Assembly: GCA_002633005.1 (NCBI GenBank)
Contig: NMRA01000027.1
Location: 940,895 to 980,655 of the forward strand
Reading direction: 5' to 3'
Length of the DNA stretch: 39,761 bases
DNA from: Phoronis australis
Taxonomy: Eukaryota > Animalia > Phoronida
Both the position numbers and the translations under genes were made by a program. The notes under the pieces were generated by a model, which was not told the origin of the DNA, ran no database searches, and was given only the letters and a program-made list of their open reading frames with translations. Below, one piece after another: positions 34,301 to 39,761 of this stretch (positions are counted from its first letter, which is position 1; every line of letters starts with the position of its first letter).

Positions 34301-36546
34301 CTAAAACAAACAAACGCGCACCAACCATACAATGCCGAAATTCCGAGAAGGTGACAAGGTTATGATTGACAAATCGGGTGTTGCAGCTGAACGTACTCCA
34401 AGTCGGATGGACATGCAAACAATTTCTTAAACGGACCCATCTTCGGCGGCAAATTCCATATCCACATTCACTCAAACGGAGACGAGCCCCTACTCAAAAA
34501 ATGCGGCGAGACTGGCTACCTGTGCTGTCTCAAAGTCAGTGCTCACGCGCGGGAAAGCCTTGCTGACTGTTATTTATCAACATTTTTAAATTTTATTATT
34601 ACAGCTTCAAAGACTATTCATTACATTCTAACTTGAATAGTTATTTGCTATGAAACCTGAATGCAATTTACAATTGTTAAGCTTAAAATAAAACTACTAA
34701 CAAAGTAACTGAATTACTTTATGTTGCGCAGGGATATTTTTACAAAAGTTCAGTGTCATGTGCTTGAAAGTTTTAGGCACGTCGAGTTTTTCGGAAAAAA
34801 GATCGTTTTTCGGTTCATGTGAGAAAACGAATCTTACACTCGTCTCAGATTGATGACATGTGCAAAACATCTTCGAAATTTCCTCAAAATCCCTCGGCAA
34901 GCCTCGGAATTTTGACAAAATTTCGAAGAGGTTTTGCCCATGTCATGAACCTGAAACTTGTGTAGGATTCTCTATTTACGTATTGCTCACATGATGGGTA
35001 TGAAGTTTTTCTTTATTTAGTTACACAAGAACTTTAGATTTTATTTTTTTTTCAGCTGAAGACTATGCCGGGCACGTAACTTCAGTTTCTTCAAAGCCGT
35101 TTCTAGTGGACACTACGCCACCTGTTACTACTAACGCAAAGTTACTTGTTGGTTCACTCCACACTAATTACAAATATTTAGCTGGACACATGTTGCAGTT
35201 TCACTGGTTTGGCTTTGAAGACAACGAGAGCGGAATTGCCAGCTACGAGTTCGCAATAGGATCATCACCGACACTTCAAGACAACCTACCTTTCAAAGAA
35301 TGTTCCATTAATTACGTTTTTATCGACGGAGTTGACTTACAGGATGGCCACAAGTACTATCCTCAGATAAAGGTAGTTATTTTCGGTCTATATGAATGTG
35401 CAAGTCATGATAACCTGCACTCGGTGTTTTGCATGGGTGTTTAAAATGTAACAATCGTTGCTCTTTAGTTGATTTAATGGACAAGGGGAAGGAATTGGTT
35501 TGGTGCTACTGTTGTATCAGTAATGACACCTGAGTGTTCCAAATACAGATGCACAGTGGTAATATTTAATCATTTAATGCTTCGTCTGGGAAGTGACAGA
35601 CCACCGGACACGTAGCTGGTGTTTGTCATACAGATAGCAACAACTGTACATTTAATTACATTTTAACATCCCTGAAATTTCCCAAAAGCAGGAGACTACG
35701 AGCATGAAGTTTCTGGATGATGGCAAACTGGGGTTTAAAAAATGTAATACTCTACTGGATGTTTTGTCTGTTTAGGCTACAAATGGGGCAGGATTGGTAT
35801 CCATTCTCAGTGAGCAGTTTACATTCGACTCTACTCCACCATCAAGAGGAATTGTGCGAGACTGCAGGAGTCTGGAGGACCTCAGTGACGTTGACTACCA
35901 GAGAAGCACTTCTAGACTCTGCGCCTCGTGGTCTGGTTTTCATGACGCACACACACCTATGATTGAATACAGAGTTGGTGTCGATGAGGATGGAATTCAG
36001 CCACTTCTATCGAGCGTTGGGCTCAAAAGAGGTAGTCAATGCAATTACTGTTGATGACTGGTTAGCAGTTATCATATTCTGTAGTCGTTTTCTTCTTTGA
36101 GACTAGTCGTGTGCTCGACTGACGTTTCTGCCTATATAGTTTACACGCACTTATCAACGGTATTGGCATTCACGCTGAGCTAGTGCAATTAATTTTGAGC
36201 CCATACAAAAGTATACCCTGCAAGGATTCTGAAACATGCACCCACAACATGCAGACTTAAAGTAGAGACATTCGTAATCTTACAGAGTATGAAGTGCAAA
36301 CAAATACTCTATATGATGACACCACGGATACACACGAATGAACAATTATTACATTTCAGCCTTCGTCTTTGTTGGCAACTTGAAAGCTGGTCGGAAGTAC
36401 GTCATAACAGTCGAAGCCTGCAACTCGGTTGGTCTTTGTACGCGTGCCTGTTCAGATGGTGTGGTCATTGACCCCACGCCGCCACTGGCTGGTATTGTAA
36501 CTATTGGACACAGACGCTTTGAGCACAGTCGATACCAAGCCTCAAG
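4251..36546 (+). CDS. Giant modular secreted/cell-surface protein (signal peptide-EMI-EGF-Cys-rich-WSC-FN3/Ig-like DxTPP repeats); 17 exons, >=2213 aa, 3'-incomplete
   Basis: join(4251-4315,9218-9331,18365-18450,18720-18818,19308-19442,19870-19989,20194-20460,22221-22493,22875-23013,24652-25813,29040-30222,30376-31787,32438-33146,33364-33480,35056-35372,35776-36031,36360-36546). All introns are GT-AG and phases match at every junction (2,2,1,1,1,1,1,1,2,0,1,0,1,1,0,1). The last exon ends at a phase-2 donor. Confidence 0.85.
5292..7817. mobile_element. About 2.5-kb non-autonomous DNA element bounded by about 70-bp imperfect inverted repeats
   Basis: atgcaaaatggagaaccttgaccaaggaccttgacctacattctacagcttctgacgtca (5299-5358) versus reverse complement of 7751-7810 atgcggaatggaaaatcttaaccaagcaccttgacccacattcttcagctgccgacgtca; no coding capacity or TSD recognised. 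Confidence 0.55.
7377..7626. mobile_element. MITE (PIF/Harbinger-like termini), copy 1
   Basis: TIR ggggcccgttccaacaaaactgactta / taagtcagtttcttggaacaggcccc; internal sequence homologous to 8584-8794. Confidence 0.8.
8584..8794. mobile_element. MITE, same family as 7377-7626, copy 2 (more decayed)
   Basis: Shares gttccaa(c/g)aaaactgacttagctaagac, caagaaagagatc and ggaagtttcaaagtgtgg with copy 1; ends tgaaacgggttcca. Confidence 0.7.
9218..9331 (+). CDS. Exon 2: EMI-like domain, N-terminal part
   Basis: ttgcag| (G)PAGSVCTYYVTVSYSQSYSERYNTKCGKWGWKRCTRH(R) |gtaaac; phase 2-2. Confidence 0.85.
9856..10040 (+). pseudogene. Frameshifted THAP zinc-finger remnant
   Basis: MP..CIVPVCPN...KMLREWLVVVKNEKY...KHIRVCG; homologous to 39229-39445, which retains the HF motif. 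Confidence 0.75.
10070..10238 (-). pseudogene. N-terminal remnant of Kolobok accessory (KolX-like) ORF
   Basis: aacATGG start, MATHNPDLDELELISPDFAGGLLSFTGYQFEYSDEEILERR; acidic N-terminus with a YQFE(P)EYSDEE-like motif as I recall it from Kolobok second proteins; convergent to THAP. Confidence 0.5.
10788..10884 (+). repeat. Two 35-bp imperfect direct repeats, 62-bp period
   Basis: gcctgatcagtttccgagccacaggccgggataac (10788-10822) and gcctgatcgggctccgagccactgtccaggataac (10850-10884). Confidence 0.75.
11330..12326 (+). pseudogene. Putative three-exon passenger pseudogene inside the ISL2EU-type element
   Basis: ATG 11330 MEFLSKYVVALTLITANF (signal-like), frameshift, then ..VTIFVDNCGQKGQLIDKKCVDAEAPCVLYDYAVPFGDYTTLL G|gtaagt (11559) spliced in frame to ttttag|GA (11669) NSPDAGWASSTYSYCPGWEC; further donor after 11838 and acceptor before 12206. 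Confidence 0.4.
12620..14654 (-). pseudogene. Spliced SAP + YqaJ (lambda-exonuclease-like) pseudogene of the ISL2EU-type element
   Basis: LRLRKKGVSMRGSKHDLIQR|FEG (SAP-like, intron 14561-14115 GT-AG); 13130-12620: KLCYSVLFPQHFHTPAVLHGTMCKSVALEKCESQY*VTIRQC..VYPDELYLTAT..LVGEDA, GLKLKKT*..VQSLI..AVFTFKGLIVDVI..KLDLFYKRFYRP; multiple stops and frameshifts. Confidence 0.75.
15160..15472. mobile_element. MITE with CAG(T/G)GGCGGAT-type termini
   Basis: caggggaggatccaggatttt ... gggggcatggtcaccccttggcctgc(c)n aaatccgccactg; no exact TSD. Confidence 0.65.
16374..16527. mobile_element. Short MITE (Harbinger-like)
   Basis: TIR ggcctcccgttcagtaacgctaggacct / aggtcctagcgtctactgaacgcacgcc; 12-bp tandem duplication taggtcctagcg at 16487-16510. 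Confidence 0.7.
16745..16910 (+). mobile_element. tRNA-derived SINE-like element
   Basis: A-box-like ttgttcagtgg (16754-16764), B-box ggttcaaatcc (16796-16806), (GAAT)-repeat tail near 16880-16908; no complete cloverleaf. Confidence 0.5.
18365..18450 (+). CDS. Exon 3: EMI-like domain, C-terminal part
   Basis: ttttag| (R)TKYRVAYRQEQRQRCCSGYRENGRSYCA(P) |gtaagc; CCxGY motif typical of the end of EMI domains. Confidence 0.85.
18720..18818 (+). CDS. Exon 4: EGF-like domain
   Basis: ttctag| PLCFGSFNCPNGGTCVRPNYCTCQISYYPPRCN |gtaggt; CxNGGxC...CxC...C spacing; phase 1-1, 99 nt. Confidence 0.9.
19308..19442 (+). CDS. Exon 5: Cys-rich module
   Basis: tcatag| ACPVSHIANCAKMTCSAGPSNKVCTECNLQSPSGGAYLRTGNRCL |gtaagt; 6 Cys, phase 1-1. 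Confidence 0.85.
19870..19989 (+). CDS. Exon 6: EGF-like module
   Basis: ttgaag| PKCSWLTPTRCWPGTCSDRGLTSSCSCSTGFRRVGGSNCD |gtaagt; 6 Cys with CxCxxGF; phase 1-1. Confidence 0.85.
20194..20460 (+). CDS. Exon 7
   Basis: ttgtag| LYTVIPNLLTC...YHFGAVAAYTQVITYRQN |gttagt; matches ORF 20193-20465; phase 1-1. Confidence 0.85.
22221..22493 (+). CDS. Exon 8: WSC (carbohydrate-binding) domain
   Basis: QCFQD...RVL...SVEKCIAACRSRSYTYAGVESSEQCFCGN...SECNIKCRG...MCGGSWRLNVY, the canonical 8-Cys WSC pattern; ttacag| ... T|gtacgc; 273 nt, phase 1-1. Confidence 0.92.
22875..23013 (+). CDS. Exon 9
   Basis: tttcag| SANTGPLTALAGCTRSYGTAYNRIQASAITCSSSRAFSGIALQNGY(K) |gtgagt; phase 1-2 bridges to exon 10. Confidence 0.8.
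24652..25813 (+). CDS. Exon 10: Ig/FN3-like repeats
   Basis: Within ORF 24605-25831; motifs YDTAPP, GWTDP..SGV, VDSTPP, DSHSGL..VKWKLGT; tttcag| and ACG|gtaaat. Confidence 0.92.
26120..26250 (-). mobile_element. Decayed Penelope-like element fragment (GIY-YIG C-terminus)
   Basis: HNLGIINVIILDQESR*LEKGANEAIW..(frameshift)SPTLIRQGVGL resembles the PLE endonuclease tail ILDRE.RWFERGVKEAI...P.LNR.GGL. Confidence 0.6.
26310..27433 (+). mobile_element. Kolobok-type deletion derivative with THAP domain
   Basis: TTAA at 26306-26309 and 27434-27437; TIR agtgttctcaccatg versus agagtacccacgatg (11/15); THAP ORF on +, acidic ORF start MAEHNRSEDEGDFERE at 27223 on -. Confidence 0.7.
26541..26813 (+). 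pseudogene. THAP zinc-finger domain (truncated transposase N-terminus)
   Basis: MKSCVYGGCSN...VSVFSVPK...KC(W lost)HRFV...LCSAHFKESSF: C2CH THAP signature. Confidence 0.8.
27570..27905 (-). mobile_element. RTE-clade LINE 3' fragment
   Basis: IQWSDTITDEEVWRRTQHESVETQIKRRKWRYGGHILRKPDDNITKQALSWNP..GSRRPGAPVQTWRRTMEAEL..MASNKVR*RLVTEAL: typical RTE ORF C-terminus, with stops and a frameshift. Confidence 0.85.
27975..28100 (+). mobile_element. Possible Deu/Nin-domain SINE fragment
   Basis: tgctccgaaactgg..ttgtatactctcggggtgtcgatgg..cgggtaattaac resembles, from memory, the central Nin-domain motif (TGTATGCTCCCCAGGGAGTTGAG...GGGTAATAAT); weak. Confidence 0.25.
28420..28482 (+). mobile_element. 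Degenerate tRNA-like SINE head
   Basis: A-box-like tgacgaaacgg and B-box-like ggatcgaatcc at tRNA-like spacing. Confidence 0.3.
29040..30222 (+). CDS. Exon 11: FN3-like repeats
   Basis: Open from the ttgtag acceptor through ORF 29187-30248; IDTSPPVVGVVLDG..DVEFQ..WHGFVDHES, VDETPP; G|gtaggc. Confidence 0.92.
30376..31787 (+). CDS. Exon 12: FN3-like repeats
   Basis: Within ORF 30339-31796; PGTVFD..DVDF..VSWTGF..YSVGLG, SSDG; caatag| and CAG|gtaact. Confidence 0.92.
32438..33146 (+). CDS. Exon 13
   Basis: ttacag|GAT in frame with ORF 32480-33154; CSNGFTIDTMSP, SGIKNHRYYI G|gtgagt. Confidence 0.88.
33364..33480 (+). CDS. Exon 14
   Basis: tgacag| GTSVDQYEVANKTSTGLQTHVIVENVALVSGKQYFVTVE |gtgagt; phase 1-1. 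Confidence 0.88.
33674..34977. mobile_element. 1.3-kb non-autonomous foldback element with about 500-bp inverted arms and a terminal palindrome (Crypton-like, tentative)
   Basis: Left arm about 33674-34175 is the reverse complement of right arm about 34405-34977 (aaatagagaattctacacgagt.. / ..acttgtgtaggattctctattt; ataaataacagtcagcaaggcttccccgcgcgtgagc / gctcacgcgcgggaaagccttgctgactgttatttat); 34829-34970 is itself a hairpin. Confidence 0.85.
35056..35372 (+). CDS. Exon 15: FN3-like repeat
   Basis: tttcag| AEDYAGH..VDTTPP..WFGFEDNESGIASYEFAIG..LQDGHKYYPQIK |gtagtt. Confidence 0.9.
35776..36031 (+). CDS. Exon 16: FN3-like repeat
   Basis: gtttag| ATNGAGL..FDSTPPSRGIVRD..DVDYQ..ASWSGFHD..EYRVGV..VGLKR G|gtagtc. 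Confidence 0.9.
36360..36546 (+). CDS. Exon 17 (last found in the window)
   Basis: tttcag| AFVFVGNLKAGRKYVITVEACNSVGLCTRACSDGVVIDPTPPLAGIV..YQAS(R) |gtaggc; phase-2 donor with no matching downstream exon found. Confidence 0.9.
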
Positions 36547-36923
36547 GTAGGCTAAACATTTGGGGAAATAGCTCGTTGTCGTGTGATAAACAGTTGCCAA
36601 GCGAGATGACACACATTTAAAATGCACATGTTCCACGGTCGTAAATAGAATATTGCAAACGTGCGTGAGTTTCTCAAACGTTGCTTCCAAGAGATTTAAA
36701 AGTTTGTCGAAGTCCAAATGTCTCAATTAATGGCGTTTATAAAATAACAAGGGGCCTCGACCAGTGCTGAAGTGGTAATATTAGAGGTAAGTAGGCGCCC
36801 AATGTCCATCGTATCACCTTGAGCACTGAACTGTAAAAGTGCATTGGATTCACAAAACCTGACTCACAAACATGTAAGTCTATTTTTGACGCACTTGTGG
36901 GTACAGTATTTACTTCGAGTCTG

Positions 36924-37138
36924 CAGTGGACAATCTAGGATGTCGCAGAAAGGGGCCCAACCGCCCATATACTTATTCAAAGGTCCGCTGTCATTCCAAG
37001 CGATCTCTGGTGGGGGGAACAAACACAATTTTAAAGGAAAACACGAGGGTAACGCACAGAGGCGATGTGCTGACGGCGTTTTCAGTCGCCTGTGGGGTGT
37101 GTCCACGGGGCCCTTTGGTCCCGCTTAATCCACCTGTG
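36924..37138. mobile_element. Highly decayed MITE, GGCGGATCC-type ends
   Basis: cagtggacaatctaggat ... gggccctttggtcccgcttaatccacctgtg; resembles the ends of the 3518 and 15160 elements. Confidence 0.3.
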
Positions 37139-39065
37139 GTATGCCACCCTAACTGTGACTTTATCTTGAGATATAAATTTAAAATTCCATTACTCGCCGA
37201 ACATATCTTGCTGCATACGCTTCAAAGACTAATTACACAAACACGATGTTACACAAGCGCTGATGTTTTCAAGGCCTTGATACCACGTACAATGTGCACA
37301 CGATCATGCATAAAATTGAAGTAGGGTTTTTCTTGCAAGCAGTTGCTCTTATTTTTGCATTTAATTTGGAATTTAGTAAAACACCAGGTGCTAGTGACCA
37401 GTCCAGAGATAGAGTGCTTAATAAAAGCTACAGAATGCTCCACAAACTTTTTGTCTGCGGTCTTATTCTGTTCCAAGTTACATGATTATATGGGCTGCAA
37501 GCTATCAAAGTTCCGTGTTGTCGAATCATCCACGTTTCGTCATAAGGTTGTGAGTCGAACAGGGAAAGCGGGGACCAGTGGCCTAGCCAAACAAAGAGCT
37601 GGAGGTAGTTTCTAATAGCAAGCAAGAGCGTTTATTTGTTAATTTCGCTGAATTCTCGTTCACATTCAGTTGTACTGCAAGAAAGAGTCTTAATCAGAGG
37701 TCCAGTTGTCGCAGAGCACTTGGCAGGTTATCTACTCTAACCGTTTCCTCCATTTCTACGAACTCACGCATTCCTCTGGATGTTGTAGCAACCAGCCCAA
37801 ACCGATCGCAAATACGCCTGACTTTCGTGCTCGCCATGTTTTATTCCGGACTTCATCGGCCACCTTTTGGGGTCCAAGATGCCCAGAATAGAGGAAAACG
37901 TGCCTGCAGTGACATTCATATTTGAATCATCACTACCGTGTGATTGTTCTCTCTAAGAAATAGACGGGTTACCATTGTCTTTAAGACGGGGAAATACGCA
38001 CCCGGCAGTTTGAAATTAGTTTAACCTACGTATAACCAGCATTATGTGCAATATACCCTGTACTAGAATATGTGATTGTCCCCATTGTCGTAGCCCAGTG
38101 TGACATACATGTATGCAACAAGGGAATACCTAACTTCTGGGTTTTACTGACGAGATGATTGAGAGTGTTAAGAAAAGAAACTGCATGGATGCTCAATTTA
38201 AGCACTTTAGTGAAGCTTTTAATAAAGTAAATCATTTCAATCTGCAAATTAAACATTCAGATAAAACCAGGCGCTATGAATGACTAAAATGGCTAGTTTT
38301 CTGAATTGTCAACAAAAACGATGATAGTCAAAGATGAGAAGATGCTACGTATTAGTGTGGGGTCAGAGTCCATCAAAGATCAGTTTTACGGTCTTGTTTC
38401 TTATTGTATACAGATTAAATGCCTTTAGGTCTATCTGCATGGAGCCGACTCCACCACACTGACTCTGACAACGAAGATATGTAGAATATACTGACAAATT
38501 CAAACTTTATTGGCGGATGAATGGGTCATAGCTTTCCACCCAAATAAGCGCAGTTTCTTAACGCTTGCTAAAAATCTCTCTTGTGTCAAAGTCACAAGGT
38601 GGGGTCATGCAAAGATACCTTATACTAGCTAGGCCACTGCCATCTTGCGTGATTTCAGAAGACTCTCACACTTAAGTTAAGCCCGAAAAAAAGCAAATGA
38701 TATTCTGGGCTTCCTAAGACAGAACCTACGTAACGGGAACAATAACGTGTCCCATCCTTGACTTTAGTTCTTCTATATGGAATAACTAGTCTGACTACAT
38801 TACTTCAGCCCGTCGCTTGTTATCTTCAATTATAGCACGCACTCTAATTTCATCATGGTACACAGTGGGACTGTCTCTTCTTGGGGCATTCCTTAATCAG
38901 TTATCCCTCCCCTAACGATTTTGCAGTACGCTGATTTATCTGGAAGTCACATCCTATCTATCTGTTTCTAATTGTTATTCTTGTTTTGGTTTTTGTTGAT
39001 CTTCCTTGCGATAACTGTCGTGATACATCGAAAAGAGAGTTGTCATTTACACCTAGAATTGTTAA

Positions 39066-39450
39066 AGGAGAATGCCACCCGATTAAATTAGTCTTTTTAC
39101 CGTCTTATTCGGTCTATATCCACGTGGTCTCTTATATGGTCGACATCACCTTGCCAAGAGGTGTCGTGTTGATGTGTGCGAAAGGTGAGAAACGACACAG
39201 CGACGTCAGTGGTTCGTCTGCAGAGTGAATGCCGCAAAGTTGCAGTGCATCGTTCCCGTTTGTCCGAACTATGAAGCTGCGAAGAAAGCGGTTATATCGT
39301 TTTTTCGACTTCCTCGAGAGCCGAAATGCTTAGTAAGTGGCTCGCGGTAGTGAAAAATGAAAGATACGCTGTTGATAGCAAGTATGAGGCCGTGAAACAT
39401 CTCCGTGTCTATGGCCGGCATTTCGTAGACAATGATTTCTCCATGATAGC
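39066..39450 (+). mobile_element. Second copy of the Kolobok-type left end with THAP remnant, interrupted by a Penelope-like insertion
   Basis: TTAA 39062-39065 then aggagaatgccacccgatt; colinear with 9687-10037; translates (2 frameshifts) CIVPVCPNYEAAKKAVISFFRLPREPK/MLSKWLAVVKNE..KHLRVYGRHFVDNDF. Confidence 0.85.
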
Positions 39451-39761
39451 AAGTAACAGCATATGTTCACGAAAACAACAACGGATTTAAAACTTGACAT
39501 GTTTCGGTGTCATTTATTAAACACCATCCTCAGAAGTCATAATACAGTGGCCACCTAGCTAGGCCCAACAACAAGTAATGAAGCACAGATACAGTCAGTT
39601 ACAGGGAGTGACAATGAACTATACCAACAATGACAACCTGTGGTGTGTCAGTTGCCTATTGAGATTGGGCTTGCACCAACTGATATGTAAAGCCTCACGA
39701 ATTTTAAGCTCCTTTGTTGTTACTGCCTGGTCTATTATTGCAAAGTCATTGAAAGAGCACT
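39451..39761 (-). mobile_element. Penelope-like retroelement 3' end (GIY-YIG C-terminus plus 3' UTR with hammerhead)
   Basis: 39759-39619 (-): CSFNDFAIIDQAVTTKELKIREALHISWCKPNLNRQLTHHRLSLLV*, uninterrupted, matching the PLE endonuclease tail LKIxEALxI...PxLNxQ; runs off the window edge. Confidence 0.85.
39491..39538 (-). ncRNA. Minimal type I hammerhead ribozyme
   Basis: GACUU CUGAGGA U GGUGU UUAAUAAAUG ACACC GAA ACAUGU C AAGUU: stem I GACUU/AAGUU, core CUGANGA, stem II GGUGU/ACACC, GAAA, palindromic mini stem III ACAUGU, GUC cleavage triplet. Confidence 0.85.

Noticed and set aside
38414-38480. Candidate exon 18 of the giant gene
   Set aside because: Both nearby AG acceptors in the required phase 2 hit TGA within a few codons and lack the expected W.GF.D repeat motif; the next exon is probably outside the window.

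Overview
Eukaryotic (marine-invertebrate-like, species not determinable) AT-rich genomic DNA. One large intron-rich gene on the + strand spans most of the window. I reconstructed 17 GT-AG exons by hand from ATG 4251 to 36546 with continuous splice phases (6641 nt, 2213 codons, no stop reached, so the gene probably continues beyond the window). It encodes a giant secreted or cell-surface protein: signal peptide, EMI-like domain, EGF/Cys-rich modules, a WSC domain on its own phase 1-1 exon, then at least 9 FN3/Ig-like repeats delimited by DxTPP. The ORF track misses several of the small exons. The introns hold many decayed mobile elements: a Kolobok-type element (TTAA TSD, THAP remnant) containing an ISL2EU-type element (AT TSD, SAP+YqaJ pseudogene, and an unexplained spliced passenger ORF), two more THAP/Kolobok remnants, several MITEs, a 1.3-kb foldback element, an RTE LINE 3' fragment, SINE-like heads, and two Penelope-like fragments. 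One Penelope-like fragment carries an intact-looking minimal hammerhead ribozyme (39491-39538, - strand). All family assignments come from motif recognition by eye; no database search was run.
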